Shown here piece by piece: positions 21,130 to 31,173 of a DNA stretch of 64,000 nt. Position numbers and translations under genes: made by a program. The stretch lies in NCBI GenBank assembly GCA_035656495.1, contig DASRSL010000273.1, positions 8,524-72,523 on the forward strand, read 5' to 3'. The notes under the pieces are model-generated. The model was not told the DNA's origin. It ran no database searches and saw nothing but the letters and a program-made list of their open reading frames with translations. The stretch's first letter is position 1, and the number at the start of each line of letters is the position of its first letter. The DNA is from Roseiarcus sp. GTDB taxonomy: Bacteria > Pseudomonadota > Alphaproteobacteria > Rhizobiales > Beijerinckiaceae.

Positions 21130-22173
21130 CTAGATGTTGGTTGGAAGATAGAGCTCGAACGGGACGAAAATGGGACTTTGGAGGGCCTCCTGCGGCCGCG
21201 CGAGGGCCGAGGACATCGCCGACAGCGCGCGCTCCGCGAGGAGCGCAGTCGGGGTCGAGATGACGGCGGTCAGCACGCCATCGATGAGGGCGGCGCGCGC
21301 CTCGGCGGTCAATTCATTGCAAACGATCGCGAGCTGCCCGGGCGCGGCCTCGTCGCGCACGGCTGCGATCACGCCCTCCTTCCCGCCGCCGCAGATGTAG
21401 AGACCGACGAGATCAGGGTGGGTGGCGATCATGTTCTGCGTGGCGACATAGGCGATGCGCGGATCCTCGAGATTGATCAGCGGCTCGAGCGGCGTGAATC
21501 CCGGAGCGTTCTCGCGCAGGTAGGCGCGGAAGGAGATCTCGGCGATCTCCTGGCAGAGAAAGCGATGGCTGCCGACGATGATCCCAACCTTGCCCGGACG
21601 CTTCGCCGCCTTCGTGACGATCCAGGCCGCGGTGCGGCCCTCCTTGCGGTTGTCGCGGCCGATATAGGGCGCGGCGGCCTCCGCCCCGAGCTCGGTGAGG
21701 ATCGCAAAAGTCGGCACGCCGCGCGCTCTTAACCTTGCGATGGCGTCGCTGACTCGCGGATGATCGACCGAGACGGCCGCAACCACATGCGCGGCGTCGC
21801 CCAGGCGCAGCAGCCTATCGGCGACGACCGGGGCCGAAAGGTCGGGCGCAAAATCGATGATCGGTTTGCCCCTAACGTGCGCAAGGCTTCGTGTCGCGGC
21901 AGCGAGGTCGGCGCCGAACTGGGTATAAAAGGCGTCGGCTCGCTGAAGCAGGAAGGCAAAGGTTCGCTCCGGAGCATCGGGTCGCAGCCTCCTCTTGAGG
22001 AGCGACGCCGCATGGAAGCCGATCGCCTCGGCGGCGGCGAGCACACGCTCGGCGGTCGGCTCGCGCACGCGATCGCGCGCATTCAGCACGCGATCGACGG
22101 TCGCAACGCTCACATTCGCGGCGCGTGCGAGATCGGCGATGGTAGGGCGGCGGCTCAGGGGCCCTTCCCGCAA
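21130..22173 (-). CDS. LacI family transcriptional regulator
   Basis: PTIADLARAANVSVATVDRVLN; start codon uncertain. Confidence 0.92.
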   Translation of the reverse strand: MREGPLSRRPTIADLARAANVSVATVDRVLNARDRVREPTAERVLAAAEAIGFHAASLLKRRLRPDAPERTFAFLLQRADAFYTQFGADLAAATRSLAHVRGKPIIDFAPDLSAPVVADRLLRLGDAAHVVAAVSVDHPRVSDAIARLRARGVPTFAILTELGAEAAAPYIGRDNRKEGRTAAWIVTKAAKRPGKVGIIVGSHRFLCQEIAEISFRAYLRENAPGFTPLEPLINLEDPRIAYVATQNMIATHPDLVGLYICGGGKEGVIAAVRDEAAPGQLAIVCNELTAEARAALIDGVLTAVISTPTALLAERALSAMSSALARPQEALQSPIFVPFELYLPTNI

Positions 22174-22317
22174 TTTGAAAGGATCACGTCATTTGGAAGC
22201 GGGCATAGTGATAGACTTTGAGAGAAAATGAAAGGGAGACATTTGAGTCGCAGCGCTATTGTCATAAGCTTGTCTCTGGACGGCAGGGCGCTCCAGCCGT
22301 TGCGAGGAGGGTGCGAA

Positions 22318-23394
22318 ATGTCCGCGGAGGCCGCACGCGACTATAGTTTGGTAGGGCTTGAGGCTCGGAGGTCAGTCGCCGCTGGCCTTGCCTCCGCCAG
22401 GTGGTACACGCCGCCGATAACGCGCGCCGAGCTCAAGGAGCTCATGCGACGCAAGGATGCTCCGGCGATCCGCGACACTCTGACTTGGTTTGCCGCCCTC
22501 ATCGTCTCCGGGGCCTTAGGCTACTATTTCTGGGGCAGCTGGGCCGCGGTCCCATTCTTCCTCGTCTACGGCGTGCTTTACGGCTCGGCCTCCGACAGCC
22601 GCTGGCACGAGTGCGGGCACCGCACCGCGTTCAAGACGCAATGGATGAACGACGCCGTCTACCAGATCGCCTGTTTCTTGATCATGCGCGAGCCGGAAAT
22701 CTGGCGCTGGAGTCATACGCGTCACCACACCGACACGGTCATCGTCGGACGCGATCCGGAGATCATCACGCCGCGTCCGCCGGACGTCGTATCGCTCCTC
22801 CTCAACATCCTCTCGCTCAAGAACGCGGCGATCTTCTTCATGAAGCTCTTCAACCACGCGTCCGGGCGCCTGAACGACGAAGAGGCGACGTTTGTGCCCG
22901 AGAGCGAACGACCGAAAGTCTATCGGACCGCGCGGGTCTATCTCGCGATCTACGCGCTCGTCGTCGTCGCCTGCGTCTATTTCCGCTCGATCCTGCCGGC
23001 GATGTATATCGGGCTGCCGTCGCTCTACGGCAGTTGGCTTCAGCTCTATTTCGGGGTCACCCAGCATCTCGGGCTCGCCGAGGACGTGCTCGACCATCGC
23101 CTCAACTCCCGCACCATCTACATGAACCCGATCTTCCGGTTCCTGTACTGGAACATGAACTACCATGTGGAGCACCACCTGTTCCCGCTGGTCCCGTATC
23201 ACGCGCTTCCCAAGCTGCACGAGGCGATCAAGCCGGATTGTCCGCCGCCCTATCCGAGCACCATCGCCGCCTATCGCGAGATAATCCCGACGCTGTGGCG
23301 CCAGCTGAAGGAGCCGGCCTATTACGCGCGACGCGAGTTGCCGCCCTCCGCGCGGTCCGCGCCACCACGCAACGCTATGGCCGCGCGGACTTGA
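22318..23394 (+). CDS. mocD: MocD-like membrane di-iron oxygenase (fatty-acid desaturase family)
   Basis: His boxes WHECGH, HTRHH, YHVEHH; adjacent to a Rieske ferredoxin and an inositol-type ABC. Confidence 0.8.
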   Translation: MSAEAARDYSLVGLEARRSVAAGLASARWYTPPITRAELKELMRRKDAPAIRDTLTWFAALIVSGALGYYFWGSWAAVPFFLVYGVLYGSASDSRWHECGHRTAFKTQWMNDAVYQIACFLIMREPEIWRWSHTRHHTDTVIVGRDPEIITPRPPDVVSLLLNILSLKNAAIFFMKLFNHASGRLNDEEATFVPESERPKVYRTARVYLAIYALVVVACVYFRSILPAMYIGLPSLYGSWLQLYFGVTQHLGLAEDVLDHRLNSRTIYMNPIFRFLYWNMNYHVEHHLFPLVPYHALPKLHEAIKPDCPPPYPSTIAAYREIIPTLWRQLKEPAYYARRELPPSARSAPPRNAMAART

Positions 23395-23422
23395 CGCGCA
23401 GTAGTGAATGAGGACTTGACGG

Positions 23423-23740
23423 ATGAACGAAACCTGGATCGACGCCGGCGCAGCGGACTCGATTCCGCCCGAGGACGTCAAGCCCTTCGACCATGACGGC
23501 AGATATTACGCGCTCTATCGGACTGCGGACGACCGGTATTTCGCCACCGACGGCCTGTGCACGCACGAATATGCGGAACTTGCCGACGGGTTCGTGCAGG
23601 GCACGATCATCGAATGCCCCCTCCACAACGGCCGCTTCGACTTTGTGACCGGCGAAGCCAAGGGGGCGCCCGCCTGCGTCAATCTCGTCACCTATCCGGT
23701 CAAGGTCGAGGACGGACGCATTCTGCTGAACATCAGCTGA
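23423..23740 (+). CDS. mocE: MocE-like Rieske ferredoxin
   Basis: CTHE...IECPLHNGRFD. Confidence 0.82.
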   Translation: MNETWIDAGAADSIPPEDVKPFDHDGRYYALYRTADDRYFATDGLCTHEYAELADGFVQGTIIECPLHNGRFDFVTGEAKGAPACVNLVTYPVKVEDGRILLNIS

Positions 23741-23844
23741 AGGGAAACCAACTGCCAACTGCGTTCGTTCCGCCCCTCTGGCGCGGAGCATCGCTCGTTG
23801 CTATGGGCGACGGCGAAAAGCGATTGAGGAGGGAGGAGCGAGCG

Positions 23845-24606
23845 ATGAGGATTTCCGGGGCGGCGGCGATCGTCACGGGGGGAGGCTCCGGGCTCGGCCG
23901 AGCGACGGCGGGGGCGCTGGCCGCCAGAGGGGCGCGGGTGACGGTCTTCGACCTCAATCCGGCCGCAGCCGAAGAAGCGGCGAAGGCGATTGGCGGCCTC
24001 GCCGTGGTGTGCGATGTCGGCGACGACGCTTCGGCCACCGCCGCGGTCGCCAAGGCGGAAGAAGCGCAGGGGCCGGCGCGCATCCTCGTCAACTGCGCGG
24101 GGATCGGCACGCCGACCCGGGTCGTCAGCCGGGAGGGCGAGCCCGCGCCGCTCGCCGATTTCGAGAAGGTGATCCGGGTCAATCTCGTCGGTACTTTCAA
24201 CATGATTCGACTCGCCGCGGCTTCGATGGGCAAGCTCGAGCCAGCGGATGGCGAGCGCGGGGTCATCGTCTCGACCGCTTCGGTCGCCGCCTATGAAGGC
24301 CAAATCGGCCAAGCCGCCTATTCCGCTTCGAAGGGCGGCGTCGTTTCGATGACGCTGCCCATCGCGCGCGAGCTCGCCCGGATCGCGGTGCGGGTGAATG
24401 CGATTGCGCCCGGCATTTTCATGACGCCGATGCTCGCCGGACTGCGGCAGGATGTGCAGGACTCGCTGGGCGCCTCCGTGCCATTCCCCGCCCGCCTCGG
24501 CGCGCCAGCCGAATATGCAGCGCTCGCGGTCCACATCGTCGAGAACGGCTACATCAACGGCGAGACGATCCGCATCGACGGCGCACTGCGCATGGCGCCG
24601 CGATAG
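23845..24606 (+). CDS. SDR, type II 3-hydroxyacyl-CoA dehydrogenase-like
   Basis: TGGGSGLG, GQIGQAAYSASKGG. Confidence 0.9.
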   Translation: MRISGAAAIVTGGGSGLGRATAGALAARGARVTVFDLNPAAAEEAAKAIGGLAVVCDVGDDASATAAVAKAEEAQGPARILVNCAGIGTPTRVVSREGEPAPLADFEKVIRVNLVGTFNMIRLAAASMGKLEPADGERGVIVSTASVAAYEGQIGQAAYSASKGGVVSMTLPIARELARIAVRVNAIAPGIFMTPMLAGLRQDVQDSLGASVPFPARLGAPAEYAALAVHIVENGYINGETIRIDGALRMAPR

Positions 24607-24620
24607 GGCAGGGAAGAACG

Positions 24621-25385
24621 ATGCAGGGGAGCATGGGGCGCCTGGCGGGGAAAACGGCGCTCATCACCGGGGCCGCCTCCGGGATCGGCCGCGCGACCGC
24701 GGTCTTGTTCCACGCCGAGGGCGCCAAGGTCGCCGCGGCCGACCGCAACGAGGCAGGTCTGGCGGATGTGAAAGCGTTCGCCGATCTCGTGCTGTCCCAG
24801 GACGTGACCGACGAAGGGCGGTGGCGTGAGGTCGTCGACGCCGTCGTCGACGCATTCGGTCGTCTCGATATTCTCGTGAACAGCGCCGGCATCGCGTTCA
24901 AGGGCAACATCGAGACGGCGACGCTCGACGAGTGGCGCAAGACCCAGGCGGTCAACGTCGAGGGCACGTTTTTGGGCTGCCGAGAGGCGATCCGCGCGAT
25001 GAGGCAGACCGGCGGCGGCTCGATCGTCAATCTCTCCTCGGTCGCCGGCATCATCGGCGATGCGCAATCGACGGCCTATTGCGCGAGCAAGGGCGCGGTG
25101 AGGCTGCTCACCAAGTCCGCAGCGCTGCATTGCGGTCGCGCCGGCTACAAGATCCGGCTGAATTCGGTGCATCCCTCCTTCGCCGACACGCCGATGGTGC
25201 AGGAGCTGATTGCGAGCGCGAAGCACCCCGAGCGCATGCGGGAGGGGCTCATGCGCGCCGCGCCGATGGGCCGGATGGGGCGCGCCGAGGAGGTCGCCCA
25301 GGCGATCCTCTATCTCGCGAGCGACGAGTCGTCTTTCACTACGGGGGCCGAGATCGTGGTCGACGGAGGCTTGACCGCTCAGTGA
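24621..25385 (+). CDS. SDR oxidoreductase (3-beta-HSD/cyclopentanol dehydrogenase-like)
   Basis: TGAASGIG, YCASKGAV. Confidence 0.9.
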   Translation: MQGSMGRLAGKTALITGAASGIGRATAVLFHAEGAKVAAADRNEAGLADVKAFADLVLSQDVTDEGRWREVVDAVVDAFGRLDILVNSAGIAFKGNIETATLDEWRKTQAVNVEGTFLGCREAIRAMRQTGGGSIVNLSSVAGIIGDAQSTAYCASKGAVRLLTKSAALHCGRAGYKIRLNSVHPSFADTPMVQELIASAKHPERMREGLMRAAPMGRMGRAEEVAQAILYLASDESSFTTGAEIVVDGGLTAQ

Positions 25386-25402
25386 GGGAGGCTTTCTGGA
25401 CC

Positions 25403-25831
25403 CTACCTTGCGGGAGGCCGCTCGAGTGAGACGGATCTGTCGCTCCCGAGGAGATCAAGCTCGAGCGTGATTCGACGCGCTCTCATGCGGGGGGCGAGCG
25501 TTTCGCCCGGGCCTTTCTTGAAATCAACGATTCCGACCACATAAAGTTTTTTGAGGGTGCGCGAGAGGTTGGATTCCGCCCGGCGCGCGAGCGTCGCGAG
25601 CTCGCGAATCGAGGCGGGTCGTCGCGACACGACCAGGTGCAACAACGCGATATTGTCCTCCGACAGCAGCTTGACCATCGCCTCTGGCGTCGAGGCCGTC
25701 ACGAGCGCGCTTGCGGCCGTACCGTCGCTGTCGAACCAGCGGCTGGGATTCCCCGGCGGAGCAGAAGGGTCGGCGACCACGCGTTTGGTCCACTTCATCA
25801 CCCCGCCGACTGAATCGCTCTTAAAAACCAT
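25403..25831 (-). CDS. Winged-HTH protein, orphan antitoxin-like
   Basis: PASIRELATLARRAESNLSRTLKKL; start codon uncertain. Confidence 0.65.
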   Translation of the reverse strand: MVFKSDSVGGVMKWTKRVVADPSAPPGNPSRWFDSDGTAASALVTASTPEAMVKLLSEDNIALLHLVVSRRPASIRELATLARRAESNLSRTLKKLYVVGIVDFKKGPGETLAPRMRARRITLELDLLGSDRSVSLERPPAR

Positions 25832-26009
25832 AGGGAATTCTCGCTCCGGCATCGCGCGCTTGATCTGGCGCCGAAAGTCCTCAGGGAGCTGCGCCGCCGC
25901 CGTGATGGAGTGCGGCCGGCTTGCGATCACGCTCCCTTGGACGCCGGTGAGCATTGACTTTCGACGTTCTTATCGTGAAACGATAAGTCAATCGACGCAT
26001 TTCGCCTCT

Positions 26010-26891
26010 TCACAAGAACATGGCCCGATCGCGCGCGACCGCCTTCGCAAGATGCTCGGCGACTGCCCGGATGCGCCCGAGCCCACTTGTGTCCTCGTGG
26101 GTGACGAGCCAATAGGCGCGCGTTGCGCTCCGTTCGGGCAGAACGCGTACGAGATCCCTGAAGCGGCGCGCGATAAAGCCATGCACGACGCCGAGACCGA
26201 GACTGGCGCGTAATGCCTCGAGCTGTGTCACCGCGTTCGCGCTTTCAAAATTCGTCGGCGCGCCGTCAAAGAGCTCGTGCACATAATCGAGCGCGGCCGA
26301 AAAGGTGTGCTCCTCGACGTAGCCGATCAGCCTGTGACGGCGCAGCCCCTCGGCGTTTTCCGGTGCGCCAAAACGCTTCACGTAAGTCGCGCTCGCATAA
26401 ATGCCGAGCGTGTAGTCGGTGAGTTTTCGCGCGACGAACCTCCCGGCCTCCGGCTTGTCGAGCCCGACCACCACGTCAACCTCGCGGCGGGCCAGCGGGG
26501 TCAATTGAGGCAGAGGCATCAATTGCAGCCGTACGCCCGGATGGCGCTCAGCGAAGTCGCGCAAGGCGGCGGTCAGGTAATAGGTCGAAAAACCGTCCGG
26601 CGCGCCGATGCGCACGTCGCCGATGAGCTCGAGGTCGACGCCGGAGATCTCGCCCTGGGCATGCAGGAAGGCGCTTTCCATCTGCTCCGCCGCGCCAAGG
26701 AACCGCTCGCCCGCGCTGGTGAGCTTTGCTCCCGTCGTGCGCCGGTCGAACAGTTTCGCCCCCATCGCGGCTTCCAACGCGGCGATGCGGCGGCTCACCG
26801 TCGCGTGGTCGAGTCTCAGGCGCTTGGCGGCGGCGACGAACTGCCCGGCGCGGGCGACGGCGAGAAAGACCCTGACGTTGTCCCAGTCCAT
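26010..26891 (-). CDS. LysR family regulator divergent from mmsA
   Basis: MDWDNVRVFLAVARAG...HATVSRRIAALE. Confidence 0.93.
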   Translation of the reverse strand: MDWDNVRVFLAVARAGQFVAAAKRLRLDHATVSRRIAALEAAMGAKLFDRRTTGAKLTSAGERFLGAAEQMESAFLHAQGEISGVDLELIGDVRIGAPDGFSTYYLTAALRDFAERHPGVRLQLMPLPQLTPLARREVDVVVGLDKPEAGRFVARKLTDYTLGIYASATYVKRFGAPENAEGLRRHRLIGYVEEHTFSAALDYVHELFDGAPTNFESANAVTQLEALRASLGLGVVHGFIARRFRDLVRVLPERSATRAYWLVTHEDTSGLGRIRAVAEHLAKAVARDRAMFL

Positions 26892-27001
26892 GAGTGCAAG
26901 CTTAGCACAAATCCGCACAGCCGATGCGCGTTCTCCGCCATTGCTGTGCACAGAATCCAAGCGCATAACGACCCGACAGACCTTCGAGAAGGAAGCGCAA
27001 C

Positions 27002-28498
27002 ATGATCGAGTACGGCCATTACATCGGCGGCAAGCATGTCGCCGGCCGGTCGGGACGCACGGGCGAAGTGTTTCAGCCGATGGACGGCACGGTGCGCGCT
27101 CATGTCGCGCTCGCCAACAAGGCCGAGGTTCGCGCCGCGGTCGAGAACGCCAAAGCGGCGCAGCCCGCCTGGGCGGCAGTCAATCCGCAGCGTCGCGTCC
27201 GCGTCTTGATGAAGTTTATCGACCTCATCGCCAAAAACAACGACGCGCTCGCCGATATCCTCGCCCGCGAGCACGGCAAGACGATTGCTGACGCCAGGGG
27301 CGACATCCAGCGCGGCGTCGAGGTGGTCGAATTCGCGCTCGGCGTCCCACATCTGATGAAGGGCGAATATTCCGACGGCGCCGGCCCCGGCATCGACCTT
27401 TATTCCATGCGCCAGCCGCTCGGCGTGGTCGCGGGCATTACGCCGTTCAACTTTCCGGCGATGATCCCGTTGTGGAAGCTCGCGCCGGCGATCGCCTGCG
27501 GTAACGCCTTCATCTTGAAGCCGTCGGAGCGCGATCCCGGCGTGCCAATGCGGCTCGGCGAGCTTTTCGTCGAAGCGGGCGGGCCTGCAGGCATCCTCAA
27601 CGTCGTCAACGGCGACAAGGAGGCGGTCGACGCCATTCTCGATGATCCCGACATTCAGGCGATCGGCTTCGTCGGCTCGACACCGATCGCCGAGTACATC
27701 TATTCGCGCGGCACGGCGACAGGAAAACGCGTGCAGTGCTTCGGCGGCGCCAAGAACCATATGGTGGTGATGCCCGACGCGGACATGGACCAGACGGTCG
27801 ACGCCCTGATCGGCGCAGGCTATGGGTCGGCCGGCGAGCGCTGCATGGCGGTCTCGGTCGCGGTGCCGGTCGGCGAGGAGACAGCCGACGAGCTGGTTAA
27901 GCGCCTTGTTCCGCGCGTGGAGTCGCTCAAGATCGGGCCCTCGACCGACACCTCGGCCGACTATGGCCCCCTCGTCACCAAGGCGGCACTCGAGAAGGTG
28001 CGTGGCTATGTCGACATCGGGATAGCTGAGGGCGCTAATCTCGTCGTAGATGGGCGCAACTTCAGGATGCAGGGCTACGAGAACGGCTTCTACATGGGCG
28101 GCTGTCTTTTCGACCATGTGACAAACGACATGCGCATTTATAAGGAAGAGATCTTCGGGCCTGTTTTGTCGGTCGTGCGCGCGCAAAACTATTCGGAAGC
28201 GCTCGGCCTCTGCAACGACCACGAATACGGGAACGGGGTCGCGATCTTCACCCGCGACGGCGACGCGGCGCGCGACTTCGCGAGCAAGGTCAAGGTCGGC
28301 ATGGTTGGGGTCAATTTCCCGATCCCGGTGCCGCTCGCCTACCACACCTTCGGCGGCTGGAAGCGGTCCGCCTTCGGCGACTTGAACCAGCACGGTCCGG
28401 ACTCGATCCGCTTCTACACCCGGACCAAGACGGTGACCGCTCGCTGGCCTTCGGGGATCAAGGACGGCGCAAGCTTCACCATCCCGACGATGCACTGA
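27002..28498 (+). CDS. mmsA: CoA-acylating methylmalonate-semialdehyde dehydrogenase
   Basis: ITPFNFPAMIP, GAKNH, GSAGERCMA, EEIFGPV. Confidence 0.95.
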   Translation: MIEYGHYIGGKHVAGRSGRTGEVFQPMDGTVRAHVALANKAEVRAAVENAKAAQPAWAAVNPQRRVRVLMKFIDLIAKNNDALADILAREHGKTIADARGDIQRGVEVVEFALGVPHLMKGEYSDGAGPGIDLYSMRQPLGVVAGITPFNFPAMIPLWKLAPAIACGNAFILKPSERDPGVPMRLGELFVEAGGPAGILNVVNGDKEAVDAILDDPDIQAIGFVGSTPIAEYIYSRGTATGKRVQCFGGAKNHMVVMPDADMDQTVDALIGAGYGSAGERCMAVSVAVPVGEETADELVKRLVPRVESLKIGPSTDTSADYGPLVTKAALEKVRGYVDIGIAEGANLVVDGRNFRMQGYENGFYMGGCLFDHVTNDMRIYKEEIFGPVLSVVRAQNYSEALGLCNDHEYGNGVAIFTRDGDAARDFASKVKVGMVGVNFPIPVPLAYHTFGGWKRSAFGDLNQHGPDSIRFYTRTKTVTARWPSGIKDGASFTIPTMH

Positions 28499-28513
28499 AG
28501 GCGCGGAGCGCGC

Positions 28514-28563
28514 AAAAGAACGCGGAAGGCTGCATAAAAGCCCTCGCCGCGTTCTTTTCGTTT
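28514..28563 (+). terminator. Probable intrinsic terminator after mmsA
   Basis: aaaagaacgcgg...ccgcgttctttt inverted repeat followed by T's. Confidence 0.55.
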
Positions 28564-28943
28564 AAGAGGGCGACGCGCCATATCCACGGCGTGAAGCAAA
28601 TGACTGTGGACGAATTCAGGACGAAGGCCCGAGCCGTTATTCCGCTTGCGGACGGGAAGAGAGGCCGGATGAGGCCAGCATCGTCTCCGATTCGCAGTTG
28701 CCGCCGAAGTCCTGTTCAGGGCGGCGACCGAACATGGCTGCAAGCTCAGCGGCTATTTCTATCCTGCCAAGCGCCCAGCAATCCGTCATCCTCGACCCGG
28801 ACGGGCGGGTCGTCATCCGCCACAAACGGGGGCAGGGCGAGGCGGTCGAGACGCGGGCGCCGCCGGAAGGCGCCGTGAGGCTCGACCCCCCAGGTTCGAG
28901 GTCGCGGTCGAGGCGATGTTTCCGCCGGCCGGTTAGACTAAGA

Positions 28944-29303
28944 CTAGAACCGGAACAGCGCCGCTCCGGGAACGCCATACTCATTGACGACCCGCTCGCG
29001 TCCCCGGTAGCCGACGAACGTCCCCTGGGCTGGGGACGGCTGGTCGAACGTTTCGAGCACGTAGCCGTTGCCCGTACCCGCGCTCGTGTCTTGCCCGAGC
29101 GTAAGCCATGACGGCGTGCCCTTCTGGACCGTGATCTGCCGACCTTCCTCCTTCGGCGCCTCGGCGTGATGGCGGTGTCGCGCCCGCGCGTGAATGGTCG
29201 ACGGTTTTGTCGTTCGCGTCTCGGTTTGAGCCTCCGCGGCAGACGAAGCGAGCGCGAACGCGATCAGGGCCGCACCCATGGATCGAACCGAAGACACCAT
29301 CAT
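28944..29303 (-). CDS. Small secreted hypothetical protein
   Basis: Signal peptide ending AEA-Q; GAGG RBS. Confidence 0.6.
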   Translation of the reverse strand: MMVSSVRSMGAALIAFALASSAAEAQTETRTTKPSTIHARARHRHHAEAPKEEGRQITVQKGTPSWLTLGQDTSAGTGNGYVLETFDQPSPAQGTFVGYRGRERVVNEYGVPGAALFRF

Positions 29304-29524
29304 TCCCGTCCCCCTCGGGCGCCGAGGCCCCGCAAAGTCGCGCCCAAAATTGTGCGCGTCCGCAATGCCGCGATACGGCCAGAAAATCAATAGGGACCTC
29401 GTCAATCGAGCGACTTGTGGAGCCTGAGGACCACTCAGGCCCAAGAGCCGCGACGCTTAGCGTGGCCAACGCGAGACAAAGGGCGGATTCAGCTGGTGAT
29501 ATTGAATCTATGAACGGCTCAAGC

Positions 29525-29960
29525 ATAGCTCAGGTTCTGATCCACGATGTTTCCGACGACGCGATCGCTCCGCGTCATAGGCGCGCGGGGCGCGCACGGG
29601 CGGTTTTTGGAACAGGAACCGCGCAATACGATTGAAGGGGCGGCGTTCAATAGGACCGACGGGCATTTGTCGCGCTGCGCTTTCAGGCCGGACGCTATCC
29701 CAGTGGGGAGCGAGCCGATGGGCTGGTCGAAAGGATCGGGTCGTCGAGCGAATTCGGTGTCGATGCGGCCGTCGCCCATTGCTGGTTCGCGCGGGAAGAG
29801 GAGCCAAGCTATGCTAATCGCCGGATCGTCGCAGACTTGGCGGAGCCCGTCATGGCGCTCTCGCGCGAGCTCGGCCATTCGGTCTATGATTGCATCTGCC
29901 TTGCGCTCGCCGCCGTGGCGCCGACGCTTGCCACCTGGGATAAAAAGTTGACGGCGTGCT
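29525..29960 (+). pseudogene. Decayed FitA-like antitoxin plus PIN/VapC toxin
   Basis: AQVLIHDVSDD..HGR.LEQE.R (FitA-like, no ATG); VDAAVA..WF..EE and LGHSVYDCICLALA...LATWDKKL (PIN-like). Confidence 0.6.
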
Positions 29961-30008
29961 CCGCCCGAACCCCAATCGGGGTGATGTCGTCCGGCTCGTC
30001 GACTGGAA

Positions 30009-31157
30009 GTGAAGGAGCCGATGTTCGCGCTCATCTCTGACCATTTCGCCGTTCGCGACATGGCGAAGTCCTTCGCCGACGAGCGCATCGCGCCGCACGC
30101 GCTCGAATGGGATGAAACCGAGCATTTTCCCGTCGACGTGTTGCGCGAGTCGGCGGCGCTCGGCATGGCGGGCATCTATGTGCGCGAGGAGCACGGCGGC
30201 AGCGGCATGACGCGGCTCGATGCGGCGCTCATCTTCGAGGCGCTGGCGACCGGCTGCCCATGCGTCGCGTCCTTCCTTTCAATCCACAACATGGTGGCCT
30301 GGGTCGTCGACCGGTTCGGCTCTTCGGAGCTCAGGCAGCGCTATCTTCCGCGCCTTTCCACGATGGAATTCATCGCCAGCTATTGCCTGACCGAGCCCGG
30401 CGCCGGCTCGGACGCCGCCGCGCTGACGACGCGGGCCAAGCGCGACGGCGGCGACTATGTGCTCGATGGAATCAAGCAGTTCATCTCGGGGGCGGGGGCG
30501 AGCGACGTCTATCTCGTCATGGCGCGAACCGGCGAGGGCGGCCCGGGCGGCGTCTCGGCGTTCATGGTCGACAAAGGGACGCCGGGCCTGAGCTTCGGCG
30601 CCCTTGAAAAGAAGATGGGCTGGCGCGCCCAGCCGACGCGCCAAGTGATCCTTGAGGGGGTCCGGGTCCCGGCCGCAAATCTCGTAGGGAAGGAGGCCGA
30701 CGGCTTCAAGATCGCCATGGCCGGACTCGATGGCGGTCGGCTCAACATCGGCGCCTGCTCGATCGGCGGGGGGCAGGCGGCGCTCGACAAGGCGATTGCC
30801 TACATGCGCGAGCGCAAGGCGTTCGGCCGGCGTATCGCCGACTTCCAGGCGCTGCAGTTCCGCGTCGCCGACATCGCCACATCGCTTGAGACGGCGCGCG
30901 CCATGCTCTGGCGCGCGGCGAGCGCGCTCGACGAAGGCTCCCCCGACGCCGCCCGCCTCTGCGCCATGGCCAAGCGCGTCGCGACCGACACCGGCTTCAA
31001 CGCCGCCAACGATGCGCTGCAATTGCTCGGCGGCTACGGCTATCTCGCCGACTATGGCGTCGAGAAACTTGTGCGCGATCTGCGCGTGCATCAGATTCTG
31101 GAAGGGACCAACGAGATCATGCGCGTCATCGTGGCGCGCGGTTTGATTGAGAACTGA
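30009..31157 (+). CDS. Isobutyryl-CoA dehydrogenase-like acyl-CoA dehydrogenase
   Basis: YCLTEPGAGSDAA, QILEGTNEIMR; located between mmsA and mmsB. Confidence 0.9.
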   Translation: MKEPMFALISDHFAVRDMAKSFADERIAPHALEWDETEHFPVDVLRESAALGMAGIYVREEHGGSGMTRLDAALIFEALATGCPCVASFLSIHNMVAWVVDRFGSSELRQRYLPRLSTMEFIASYCLTEPGAGSDAAALTTRAKRDGGDYVLDGIKQFISGAGASDVYLVMARTGEGGPGGVSAFMVDKGTPGLSFGALEKKMGWRAQPTRQVILEGVRVPAANLVGKEADGFKIAMAGLDGGRLNIGACSIGGGQAALDKAIAYMRERKAFGRRIADFQALQFRVADIATSLETARAMLWRAASALDEGSPDAARLCAMAKRVATDTGFNAANDALQLLGGYGYLADYGVEKLVRDLRVHQILEGTNEIMRVIVARGLIEN

Positions 31158-31173
31158 GCTGGAGCCGGCGGCG

